A DNA stretch of 64,000 bases from Octopus sinensis (Eukaryota), in contig NC_042997.1 of assembly GCF_006345805.1 (NCBI RefSeq), forward strand, positions 184,698,001-184,762,000. The letters are read 5' to 3'. The notes under the pieces are model-generated. The model saw only the letters and a program-made list of their open reading frames with translations, ran no database searches and had not been told where the DNA came from. Of the stretch, positions 1 through 12,182 are shown in pieces (position 1 is the first letter of the stretch; each line of letters opens with the position of its first letter). Both the position numbers and the translations under genes were made by a program.

Positions 1-315
1 GCCGGTCGTATAACAGTATAAAAGGTGCAGCATCTGAGTTTTGTTTCAAAAATCGATGGCGTAATCATGATGCGTCATTAAAAACTAAAGACAACAGGCA
101 CGGCACATCTCTGGCTAATCTACTATGGAATCTGACCATTACTTTAGTAGGGTCTAACACCATCCATCTTGGAAAACTGCAGTGTGATATGATATATAAT
201 TAGAAATATGTTTTGAGAAAATAAACCTCACTATATATCAAATATTAACTTCAGTATATTTAATTAGACAAACGCTTCTGTACAACTTTATGTATGAATG
301 TATGTTTGTGTAGAA

Positions 316-316
<1 letters not shown>

Positions 317-412
<96 letters not shown>
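317..412. repeat. (TATC)n microsatellite
   Basis: Perfect TATC array. Confidence 0.98.
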
Positions 413-1092
413 CATGTATATTAGTATCTGTTAGTTAATATCTTTATTATTGACCGAGGTTACCGTGGTCTTTTCCATAGGCTTTTCTTTCCACTGATAA
501 ACCTTATCTGTTTTCCCCTTTACACCTTACATCATGTCATTTCTGTGATACATGATCCCTATTGATCGTTTTTTCCTCTTTTTTTTACGATTCCTTTTTA
601 TCGAAAACCTACACCCTTTTTCTTCTTTTCTTTTTTTTTCTCCCCCAAAAAGAAAAGCTCTACTTTGTAATTTGTCCCCTCTGTTTTCATCCCTCTGTGG
701 CTAATAAAGAATCATAATATCTTTATTAATGCATTATACTTACAGAAGGCTGCAGGTCTTTTTCTTCGTATTCTTTATCTTCGTATGTGAGTGTATAGAT
801 GTATGTGCGAATGCCTATATAAATACTATATTAATTTATCAGTAAGTAATATTTTAGATTTTGTTATGGTGACAAACTGGCAGAATTATTTGCAACCCGG
901 CAACAATTCTTAGTCGCTTTTTTCCTCGTCTTTACGATCTCAAATTCCGCCGAGGTCTACTTTGCCTTTCATCATTTCTTAGTCGATGAAAAAGGTACCA
1001 CTTGAGCACTTGGATCGATGTAATTGGCTTAATCCTTCCCTTAAATTTCTGACCTTGTGCCAAAATTTGAAACTAATGTTTTAATTTCGAAA

Positions 1093-1479
1093 GGCGGCGG
1101 GCTGGCAGAAACGTTAGCACGCCGGACGAAATGCTTAGCAGTATTTCGTCTGCCGCTACGTTCTGAGTTCAAATTCCGGCGAGGTCGACTGTGCCTTTCA
1201 TCCTTTCGGGGTCGATTAAATAAGTACCAGTTACGCGCTGGGGTCAATATAATCAACTTAATCCGTTTGTCTTCTCTGCGTTTAGCCCCTTGTGGGTAGT
1301 AAAGAAATAGGTATTTCGCCTGTCTTTACTTTCTGAGTTCAAATTCCGCCTAGGTCGACTTTGCTTTTCATCCTTTTGGGGTAGATAAATTAAGTACCAG
1401 TTGCGTACTGGGTCGATCTCATCGTGTGGCCACCTCCCCCAAAATTTCTGGCCTTGTGCCTAGAGTAGAAACGAATATT
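1093..1479 (+). mobile_element. tRNA-derived SINE family S1: full copy (1093-1310) plus 5'-truncated second unit (1311-1479)
   Basis: Head GGCGGCGGGCTGGCAGAAACGTTAGC with A-box-like motif and B box GAGTTCAAATTCC. Body GCCTTTCATCCTTTCGGGGTCGAT..AAGTACCAG recurs more than 10 times in the window. A degenerate copy lies just upstream (~868-1075). Confidence 0.9.
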
Positions 1480-2211
1480 TAAATTTCGATCTAAAGTTAT
1501 ATATTCCCTTTTAATATTATATGTATATATGTAGATATAATGGCATCAGAAATTGTTTTTTGATTCCTTGAACATTTTAATCATTTTCTTGGTTTATTAC
1601 TTTATCATTTCAGACAAAAAACTCAACGAAATAACTGTGTTTTATCTGCCTTGAGTAACGTCTGTGACCGTGTGTTCGTCAGATGGGAGACCATGATGTA
1701 TAGTTTTACTAGTAACAGTTCGCTATTAAGTCAATTGTTGACAATTAACTCCAGATAACACAACAGTATCACATTACATAGTAGGTACTGAATTGTGCAC
1801 TCGGCGAATTTAATGGCCTTAGACAAGTCACTAGCAATTAGTAGACGTATCGTTCTGGAGACACAAAGTTCTATTGTCTTATACAATATATATTTTAGGT
1901 GTTTATTTATTCCTTTATTTCCCTTTATTCTTTCGTTCTCTTCAATTCATTACGTTTCTTGTCCAGTGTTTTTAATATGTGGTTTATTGCATGCTTTCTT
2001 TTTGTTTTAACTGTGATATGTTAAAGAAATGATAAGAAAATCTTCACCAAGGGATATATATTCTGTGAAATACTGCTTCATTCAGCAAATTGATTTTATA
2101 CGTAAACCTCAAGAATCAATTTTTGCAGTATAGTTAGAATAAGACCGATACAATACCTTATTTCGCATATTAAATTATATTGTAGTAATAAGCTTCTGGT
2201 AAACTGTTGAT

Positions 2212-2525
2212 GGTAGAGACACATGGCCTAGTGGTTAGAGCAGCGGACTCGCAGTCGAGGGATCGCGGGTTCGAATCAGAGACCGGGCGATGTGTGTTTA
2301 TGAGCGAAACACCTAAACTCCACGCAGCTCCGGCAGAAGGTAATGGCGAACTACTGCTAACTTTTTCGCCGCAACTTTCTCTCACTCTTTCCTCCTGCAT
2401 CTTGCAACTCACCTGCGACGGATCGGCGTCTTGTCCAGGTGAGGAACCTATACGTCAAGGAAACCAGGAAAACGGTCCTGATGAGCCAGGCATGGCTCGA
2501 GAAGGAACAAATAAAACAAACAAAC
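2212..2525 (+). mobile_element. tRNA-derived SINE family S4
   Basis: A box TGGCCTAGTGG, B box GGTTCGAATC, (CAAA)n-like tail. Second copy at 41097-41362 (-). Confidence 0.88.
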
Positions 2526-2632
2526 TATTGATGAAACTATTCCAGAATTATGCAATAAAACAAAATCTCACTCCATTCCCCTTGTCATTATCTATATAAA
2601 CTATAAGGCGGCAAGCCAGCAGAATCATTGGG

Positions 2633-3430
2633 ACCTGTGTCTGAACGTGTCAAAGTGCTGTCATCTGCCTGTTGACTCTTCTCCTGCAACTCAACTTGAT
2701 TCCGAACCGGGTCGTCTGCTGCTGGAGAGGAACGACTAGGTAAAGGACCTGGTTATCTTGGTGGATTCTTCCTTTTTGCCTTCGGCCCAGTGCGTCCATG
2801 CTGTCAACAAAGCACGCGGAGTTCTGTTCTTGATTCGACGGTCATTCGGAATGCTCACATCAGCCATATTCCTACCGCTCTATGTCACGCTGGTGAGACC
2901 CATATTGCAGTATGGGATTCAAGCTTCTTCTCCTTATCTCCTCAAAGACATACAGCATCTCGAAAGAGTCCAGAAGCTGGCTACCCGCATGGTTCTTGGT
3001 CTCAAGCATTTGTCTTATGAAGAAAGGCTGAAGACGCTCGACCTCTATTCTCTAGAAAAACGACGACGCCGTGGTGATCTCATTCTTGTTCATAACATCA
3101 TAAGCGGAAAGTGTAACCTCTCGAAAGAGCTGTTCTTCACTCCTGCTCCAGAGCGTCGGCTGCAGGGTCACTCCTAAAAGCTCTATCTGTGACGATTTCA
3201 TCTCAATCGAAGGAGATGGGCTTTCTCCGTCCGGGTTGCTGATCCGTGGAATAAGCTGCCGGACGAGATAGTGAAGATGCCGACGAGCGCTCGGTTCAAA
3301 GTCTCCCTTGACCACAAATGGCCTGAACTCTTTACATGAACACCACCTTGTACATAACTCCATGTCCCTCTACATGGTCTTGCTTTTTGCTTTTTGAGCC
3401 AAAAAATTAACTAACTAACTAACTAACTAA
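2633..3430 (+). mobile_element. 5'-truncated CR1-type LINE, ORF2 C-terminus with (AACT)n tail, nested inside an S1 SINE
   Basis: Translation KDLVILVDS..LVRPILQYGIQASSPY..LERVQKLATR..SYEERLKTLDLYSLEKRRRRGDLI..WNKLP is typical of CR1 ORF2 C-termini. It has a few in-frame stops. The S1 head is split at 2605-2631 and 3431-3620. Confidence 0.92.
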
Positions 3431-3768
3431 CACCGGGAAAAATGCGTAGCGGCATTTCGCCCGTCTTTATGTTTTGAGTTCAAATTCCGCGTAGGTGTCG
3501 ACTTTTCCTTCCATAATTTCAGAGTTGATAAAATAAGTAGCAGCTGTGTAATAGGGTCGATGTAATCAATTTGCCACCATCTCTGAACTTGCTGGCCTTG
3601 TGTCAAAATTTGAAATCAGTATCTGTATAAACTCTGATATTTACAGGATTTTAGATATCAGTAAAGCGATCCACTTCCGTTTTATAATAGTATCTGACAG
3701 CCGATACCTGGGATCGGGCTTAATAAAAGAAACTCCAAGGTTAAAGCCCAAATGAAATTGATATAATG

Positions 3769-3880
<112 letters not shown>

Positions 3881-4919
3881 TATTCTTTTCCTTTACTTGT
3901 TTTAGTCATTTGACTGCAGCCATGCTGGATCAACGTCTTCAAGAATTTTAGTCGAAGAAATATACAATTCTGCAAACAAAGGATACTGCTGTTGTTAAAC
4001 ATAGCAGTTTAAATATACTTAGATGATACTGTGTTTATAAACACACGCAACAAATCAGATTGCAAACTATAAAGGGGTTATATTTTTATCGATGACATGC
4101 GTAGTGAGGGCCTAACACGTGTTACCCTTGATCAAATCATAAGTTACCTAGTAAAGACCCACCCAAAATATCATGTGACACTATATTTTAGTTTGAATGA
4201 AAACAAGAGTAAAAGTTTGTGGACTATGCACTGACATTTAAGAGGGGGGAATAGTCGTTATTTGAACACTAAGAGTAAAGATATGTAATCAAGTAACGCA
4301 TAATGTTTTGTCCAGCGGTCAACCGATTTTTCTAATCTACTGTTTTCACACTTAGAATGATAGTTGCAACAACAATAAAAACAACAACAACAACAACAAT
4401 GTCAGGGACAACAAAGTGCTGATGTAACAGGATTTAATCTACTCTCTAATTCTAGCATTACTCATCGAAAAACTGAACTTAATCTTTGTATTGTTACTGT
4501 CAAAAATCAATCTCCAATGCATGAGTAATTGGCAGAGATGAACTTCTGTAAACTTTACTACCCTCCTTCGACTGTATTCAAAATGAAAACAAAACAAACG
4601 GAACACGTGATTATTCTTTTGTAAAAAAAAAATATTTTGCGCAGCAGAGAAAAATATGTTACAGTTGATGGATTGATCTCTTGTGTGGCTTCTTTAACAA
4701 AAGCAAAAATCATCTCGGTTGAATAATTATTGTAAAGTTATAAAACCGGTTGAAATTAATTATATTCTGTTGCACCAATGACCTTATATTTATATGTATC
4801 TCAACCAATCTTTAACATTTCTATGTTTGTTTCTCTGTCTCTGCCGCTGTCTCTCCTTTTCGCTCTATCTCTGTCTGGTTCACTCTCCCTTTCATCATAT
4901 TCTTTTGCGCTCTCTCTTG

Positions 4920-4950
<31 letters not shown>

Positions 4951-6882
4951 CTATATATATATATATAATATATATATATATATATGCATCATCGACGGAA
5001 GCGATAATAACTCAGTAAACACTTCGTGAAGTAAATAACTTTAATGTTAAATTTGACGACGTAATGAAAATTTAATTCATGTTTCGATAGCCTAGTGATT
5101 TATACACTATAAATTAAGTAACGAACAAAACCATCATTCATATTTTTTGTAAATATTTAAAGCGTTTGGCTTCTATAGATAACATGAAATAATTGAAAAT
5201 TAAATGAGATCCGCGAGTAATATCAACAAACTACCGAATGTAACAAGAAAATGGAGAATGGATGTCGGTTCCATGAGTTTTCACAGAAAAGGAACTAGCC
5301 ATTTGGGTTTTCATTTTGTTTATTACTGAGGGTTGCACGTTGATTAGGTTATGTGCAATTAACAGTAAAAGGACAAATTTGCATAACAACAAAACAAAGC
5401 AACAAAATATTAACATTACAAAGAAAAGTTTTGTTGTTGGTTTTAGATTTATTACGCAACCATAAGTGCTTTTGAACTTGGGACGATTTCTGTCTTTATC
5501 GGTTAATTGTCTTTATCCGTAAATTGGGAGCTGGACACAAGGTGTATATATTTCTACTGTTCAGAGATAGCAAATATTACTTCTGCTGAATCAAGTATCC
5601 TTTGCTGTTCAAAGTGGAGTATTTTTCTTGAATCAAATGCGCTGCCTTAGTCCGGCGGTTTAAAGCATATTTGTGTCTGGTTAACATGTATTTGTATAAT
5701 TCATTAGCATGTTAATATATAATTCATCGGCATTTTAGATTATCCTATCTTAGAATCGACGGGGCTTCGGTAAGTTGGGATTCCATTGTACGTTGGGCTG
5801 CTTCCTTTCAGGTTGTACTATTGTATAACCTGAACATATAAATAATGTAGAAATATAGAAGGAAACATAGGCCATGTTTGAGCAGGCGTGCTGTAAATTT
5901 CTCTGGGTTTTTTTCCGCCGCTGTTGAACTAATTATCCAGCTTTCATATTTCACTTTTATTGGAAAAAAAAAAAAAAAAATTGCTAACACTACCTTGGCT
6001 TTCATACGCACTGCAATTTCAATATTCTAAATTAACCATCATAATGTGTTTAGATTATAGTCTTACAACTACATGAAGTTGATGTTTTTTTTCATATTTT
6101 TCCAGTAAAAGAAGTCCCTTAAAACTCTACGATTTGATTGGCATTCTAGCACTTGTAATTGGAGATGATATATTAATTACCAGGTAGAGCATGTGTTCAA
6201 TTGCAGATACTATGTTCTAACGTAAAAGCCAATTTCCTCTTTGCTCTTCTTGTAGAGCAAATCTCCGAGCGAACCGGTCGATAATATTATAGATACGGAT
6301 ATATTTTATTTTATTAATACAAAAACGCTATTTTATTATTTCCAATGATTTCAAGCTGGAAAATAAGAGTAAATAAATACAGATGCAATAAAAAACGATG
6401 ATTAGGCAAAAAATTTGAGCTACCTAACATTCTTTGGTTGAGTAAGTACGGATGACAATTCCAAATGTATTAGTCATCGCCGTGACTTGCTGGAAATGTA
6501 AAGACAAACTCACTATATTTAAGTGTTCTTTCATATGCGTGGAACCGGAAAGAAATTATTAATGGTTTAATTACAAATGGGTAGTGTGCAAATACGTCAG
6601 TAATAAAAGCATTAGATGATTATTTGCAATATTTTCAATATAGGTCATTAGGGAAAATACTAGCAGTTAGCTAATATTATTCTTTAGTTAAACAAGCAAG
6701 GGAGACGATCATTATTGCTGTTGACTCTATTAGGACTCATCACTGGATCCACAGACTTCGCAAAGCCGGTTGACCTTGCAGTAACTAGCTTACTTTATAT
6801 AAACGCTTGTATGAAAACACTGAATGACAATAGACAAGGGAAATAATTGATAACATCATTAGTTGTGCTGACTATATATTTC

Positions 6883-7112
6883 AGCGGTGAGCTTGCAGAA
6901 ACGTTAGCACGCCAGGCGAAATGCTTAGCAGTATTTCGTCTGCCGCCACGTTCTGAGTTCAAATTCCGGCGAGGTCGACTTTGCCTTTCATCCTTTCGGG
7001 GTCGATTAAATAAGTACCAGTTACGCACTGGGGTCGATGTAATCGACTTAATCCATTTTTCTGTCTTTCTTTGTCTACTCTGTGTTTAGCCCCTTGAGGG
7101 TAGTAAAGAAAT
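6883..7112 (+). mobile_element. SINE family S1
   Basis: Near-identical to the copy at 1093-1310. Confidence 0.9.
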
Positions 7113-8523
7113 ATATATATATTTCAGCAATAACAATATAGATTATATGATTTTTAATGTCTTTAACATCAGATCTATCTGTCTCAGAACACAGTGGACA
7201 ACAATGACTTAGAATGTGTACTCTAGGAGGCACTTCAATCTTTCGTTTCGTTATCTTGCGGCCGTGGAAGGAAACGTTAGACAAATACAGTATCTGTTCT
7301 TTAGATGCAATTTCTGTTACTTTCTGGTAACTTGTCACGTTATTGTCTATATCATTAAAGATGTTCTCAAACTTTCATTATTGCACGTCTAACGATGTGT
7401 CATTCCTTGAGAAATGCGTTATGTGTACTGATGACATTTTGACATTTGTCGCTATTATAATTAGTCAACATTTCTCTCGTTTTTCTACGATTCTAAATCC
7501 AAGAGTAGAATTGAGAAATCTAATTATACTGTGCCTGTTGGATGTAAAATTTCTAGATCACCGATGCTTTATTTTTTCTTTTGTTTGTATGTAATTTCTG
7601 TTATATCTTATGTTTGTAAATAATAGCTTCGTTGGTTCGAAGTTTCTAACGTGTCAATCATTACGGCATTGTATATCTTATAGCAAGAGCAACAAAGTAG
7701 TATCTAACATACTCGAGCAAAAAAAAAAAAAAAAAAAATACTAATATGTTTTTTTTTTGTCAAACGCGCCGATTATCTTATTTCAGTAAATATTTATAAC
7801 TTCTGATATACATCAGTTAAAAATATACACAGAAATATTTCTGCTTACGAGACGGGTTACTGAACAGTATTTTGTCCCAAATTTCACTTAAAAGACAGTG
7901 GTAAACTGAAGTTATAACTGAAGAGATTTGACCAAAGTATGGCACACCGAATGAAATTCGGAAGCAAAAGTCCATATGCGATATTGATAACCATCCAGTC
8001 ATGCTTGTTCTCATTGTTTCCTATTTCTCGCGACTTTCAAGTGAACTTATGTGTACAGTAGCTTGTCTGGGCAACCAAACAAGAACTCTTTACAATTTCT
8101 GCTTTGGTTGTTACTGCTTCACTTGTAAATGATATTTCTGTATTTTGTTATATATATATATATAGTGAGAGAGAGAGAAAGAGGTAAGAGGAAAAATACA
8201 GATTTGTTTTACAGGATTTGAGTGTATATTAGAGTCATGATAATAAAGTTATCAAACAATGTTCAAAATAAGGTTTTGTTCTTTCAACATAATTGAAGTA
8301 AGGACCGTTTTTGCATTTCTCTTCAAAGTGAGAGTTGAAAAGATAAATTGCTAGGGGGAAAAATAATGCTAGGGGTGATAATTGTTCACTCATTTATTTT
8401 GCAGTAAAGGGGAGGTAAATCTGTAATTTTTAATTTTTGTTTTCTTTTGTGCTTTCTGCATTATAATTGCTTATATCTTCCATTAGATGGAGTAAGTCCT
8501 CTATTTTTAATATGGTTCCATAT

Positions 8524-9287
8524 ATAATTCTGGTTTATAATTTTGGATAAATGAGGCTTCTTTATTTAGTCTTACTTCTGTTAAGGTCCAAAAGGCAAGT
8601 TGATAAAATGGGAAAATTTCGAATTATGGTAGTAATGGTTCTGCACATTCGTCAATGCGTTGACTGAGGTATATTTAGCGATATTGTGAGGAGGAAATTT
8701 GTTGTCTCTGGACCGTACATCTCTTTCGGATCGAAATTCGTTTTGAACCAATATAATTGTGATGGCAGTTCGAGTGTCTGATTACGTAAATGGGGCTCTG
8801 GGAGGCGCAAGTGAAGTTAGATTTCATCTTGAATATTTGTCATTGCCTGAAATGGAATTCCGATCCTTCCAAAGGATTGGGACATATTCCACAATTACAC
8901 TGACCACACTTTACGACTCTTGCGTCCGTTTTTGTAGAGAATAGTTTGGCATTGGTGAGAATTTTTTCAATATTTTAGGTAATTTGCTGGTGTTAATGAT
9001 TTTATGGTTAATTAGAATCTTCTTATTTTGGGGTCCCTACAGAGTACTTGAAGATTCTGGACGATGATATTGGATGCTTCTTTGTTTCTGGGGTTGTATG
9101 TGGAGATATAAAGCAGTGCTTTGAGGGTAGATATGTTTTTGTGTTTGGCATTTCTTATTGTTTTAATATTAATCGGATTTTCACGTTTAATTCCTTCATT
9201 TATGAGTTGGGTAGTGCCTGTCCTGGAATACATTTTTAAGCACTTCCAGTCTTAGTTCTCTGGTATTTTTTCCGGATACTATGGTGC
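8524..9287 (-). pseudogene. Degenerate Penelope-like element fragment: linker, Cys motif and GIY-YIG endonuclease
   Basis: Minus-strand translation, with stops and frameshifts: ..YISTYNPRN..NLQVLCRDPK..KCGQCNCGIC..SNFTCASQSPIYVIRHSNCHHNYIG..EIFPFYQ..RLNKEASFIQNYKPEL. The IY...YIG motif lies at about 8747-8794. Confidence 0.85.
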
Positions 9288-9291
9288 CCGT

Positions 9292-9364
9292 GGGCATATG
9301 GCGTAGTGGTTAAGAGCGCGGGCTACTAACCCCAAGATTCCGAGTTTGATTCCAGGCACTGACA

Positions 9365-9410
<46 letters not shown>

Positions 9411-9590
9411 ATAACATCGAAAAGTACCTTAGGAATGAGAACCCAGGTTCAAAATTTCCCCAAGACACCTGATGAAGGCTGGAGGGTATATCAGCTGAAA
9501 CGCTGTATTAACTACAAACAAGATGAAGACAAATATCCGTCAAATGTAAATAATGTACATAATTCCTCTTCTCTTAAATATAGAACGGTT
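9292..9590 (+). mobile_element. SINE-like element S5: tRNA-like head, (AAT)n, hammerhead-bearing body, ending in (TA)n
   Basis: A box TGGCGTAGTGG (9299-9309), B-box-like GAGTTTGATTCC, (AAT)n at 9367-9413. The body recurs without the head at 16519-16660. Confidence 0.8.
9464..9509 (+). ncRNA. Minimal type I hammerhead ribozyme, family B (mutated at U16.1, probably inactive copy)
   Basis: GACAC-CTGATGA-A-GGCTG[GAGGGTATAT]CAGCT-GAAA-CGCT-GTATT. Confidence 0.8.
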
Positions 9591-9607
9591 ATATATATAT
9601 ATATATA

Positions 9608-9652
<45 letters not shown>

Positions 9653-9664
9653 ATATATATATAC

Positions 9665-9705
<41 letters not shown>

Positions 9706-9737
9706 TGTGTGTGTGTGATGTGTGTGTGTGTGTATAT
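9591..9737. repeat. Compound (TA)n(TG)n microsatellite
   Basis: Direct inspection. Confidence 0.95.
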
Positions 9738-10171
9738 AACTCGCAACCAACAGATTAAGTACTTTTACGTCTCCCTTACAATAAAAATAAGGTAGAAAAT
9801 GTGCCATATGCTAAGTACTTAAGTCAGGTTGATTAAATGAAATTGCCAAGATGCTCTATGAAAAAAATGCATATACAGGATAGACTGCATTGAGCCGAAA
9901 CAAAAGCTAATACGTCAGACAAACTTTTTTGTAGACGTTTTGTAATGGACCTTAGGCTAAAAGGCTTAAATCATTATACTTCCTTAGTTTTAACAACACG
10001 ATGAGCAGAAGGTAATAAAAAAAAGATATTGAAGGAAAGTAAAAAAGAACGAACCGGGAGATAATTGCGGAGAATATTGGTCTGAACCATGATACTTATA
10101 CCATCAAAGTTGTTTTCCAAACTGGCGTCATTTGAGTACTTGGAAGTCTAGACAATTTTAGCTATACAATC

Positions 10172-10198
10172 ATGTGGGTATGTATGTATGTATGCATG

Positions 10199-10229
<31 letters not shown>

Positions 10230-10303
10230 TATATATATATGAATATATACATACACATACATACTTTCTAACACGCATACACTCATATTACGGATATGCG
10301 TAC

Positions 10304-10398
<95 letters not shown>

Positions 10399-10587
10399 GT
10401 GTGTGTGTGGTGTGTGTGTGTGTGTTTGTGTGTGTGTGTGCGTGTGCGTGTGCGTGCGTTTGTGAGTGTGTATGCGTGTTTATGCGCGCGTGTGTATGTC
10501 TATCGTTTTGAAACATTGTACGTGTATGAGTTTAACACGGTTGAAATGTAAATTAAGAATAGGTAAACAACTGATAGGAGAGAGAGG

Positions 10588-10629
<42 letters not shown>

Positions 10630-10680
10630 GAGATAAGTCAGAGAGCGATAGACAGAAAGGGAGAGAGAGAGGAAAGACGA
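10172..10680. repeat. Compound (TA)n/(TATC)n/(TG)n/(GA)n microsatellite cluster
   Basis: Direct inspection. Confidence 0.95.
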
Positions 10681-11346
10681 TGAGGACATACACGAAAAGG
10701 AAAGGAAAAAGGAACGAAACTACACGAGAAAAGACTAAAACAATAAGTTTTAGGGAAAAATTTTAATTACCAGTGAAGCTGAAGTCAAGAAATCATCTGG
10801 ATGACTCGTTTTAATTAACTTGGGCGTGGCCGACCGTTAGTATACTGGTGAACATAATGATAGGTTTGTTGAAGGTGGGTAATGGCTGGTATATATTACT
10901 ATGCTAAGTTCTGCTATGTATGAAGTCACTGCTTCCCCAGGAATCGGTTACTTGTTTCCTTAAATGTTGCAATAGATATAACATTTAAAGTTCATTATGA
11001 AATATAATTAACACGCCGGTGTATCGTTAAGATTCCTAACATGGCCAGAACGGTACAATTTCTTTCTTTCTTTTTTCTTCCTGCCAATGGCTGGTGGTGA
11101 TTTGTCACAAGTGTTTGAATATCCCCAACCACATCACATCAACTCCAGATGAATGAGAACTAAAGTCGACCTTGGCGTGTTTTGAACACAGAATATAAAT
11201 AAACGGGGTGGTGAATATCAAAACCCTGTCCCCCAATTTCTCTCTCTTTCAACCGTTGAAATCAGAGTTTGTTGTCACTGTAGGATTTCTACCACTGCGT
11301 TCCTATTTTAGTTTCAGTATTCAACCAAAAAGGCAACAGTTCATCT

Positions 11347-11349
<3 letters not shown>

Positions 11350-11378
<29 letters not shown>

Positions 11379-11952
11379 TACACACACACACACGCGCACA
11401 CACTATCACAAAGACACATATACGTATATATATGTATATATAAATACCTATCTATCTATGTGTGTGTGTATACACACACACACATATATATACACATATA
11501 TATATACATGCATACATATATGTATATCTTTGTGTGTGTGTGCATATATCTATCTATCTATCTATCTATATATATATATATATAAATGTACATATATACA
11601 TAAGTATATATATATATATATATATAATATATATATATATATATGTACATATATACATAAGTATATATATAATATATATATATATATACACATATATATA
11701 TATATATATATGTACATATATTCATAAGTATATATATATATATATATGTACATATATTCATAAGTATATATATATATATATATGTACATATTTCATAAGT
11801 ATATATATATATATATATATGTACATATATTCATAAGTATATATATATATGTACATATATACATAAGTATATATTTATATATGTACATATATACATAAGT
11901 ATATATATTATATATATATACACACATATATACATAAGTATATATATATATA
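11350..11952. repeat. (CA)n/(TA)n tract with a derived minisatellite (core TGTACATAT(A/T)CATAAG in variable TA spacers, about 11 units, 11583-11945)
   Basis: Recurrent ATGTACATATATACATAAGTATATA units. Confidence 0.9.
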
Positions 11953-12050
11953 TATAAAATATTATTAGAGACAAAACCACTATTTTGCAAAACAAACAAG
12001 GAAAGACTTAATCAATACATAAAATTTTAATAAATAGTCAAAAAAAACCG

Positions 12051-12093
12051 CCACTACAATCGTTTCTTGTCTTGATCGACAATCTTCAGGTGG
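12051..12093 (-). ncRNA. Minimal type I hammerhead ribozyme, family C (left arm)
   Basis: Mirror copy of the motif at 12140-12182. Confidence 0.85.
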
Positions 12094-12139
12094 ACTTCCA
12101 ATAATTCAGTGTCTAATTTGACACTGAATTATTGGAAGT

Positions 12140-12182
12140 CCACCTGAAGATTGTCGATCAAGACAAGAAACGATTGTAGTGG
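12140..12182 (+). ncRNA. Minimal type I hammerhead ribozyme, family C (right arm)
   Basis: CCAC-CTGAAGA-TTGTC[GATCAA]GACAA-GAAA-C[GATT]GT-A^GTGG. Stem I CCAC/GTGG, intact core, GUA cleavage triplet after 12178. ACGAUUGU is self-complementary with G-U pairs. Confidence 0.88.

Noticed and set aside
2477-2506. CTGATGA followed by a GCC/GGC stem in the S4 SINE tail
   Set aside because: It is followed by TCGAGAA rather than GAAA, and there is no stem I or III. It is an ordinary SINE 3' stem-loop.
5753-5775. Plus-strand 16 nt AG/GTAAGT-bounded microexon candidate
   Set aside because: It has no compatible partner exon and overlaps the alternative minus-strand candidate. Isolated splice motifs are common by chance.
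9292-9363. tRNA-like sequences at SINE heads (also 2212, 19768, 34494 and others)
   Set aside because: Acceptor stems are incomplete and each is fused to a repeat body, so they are SINE promoters, not tRNA genes.
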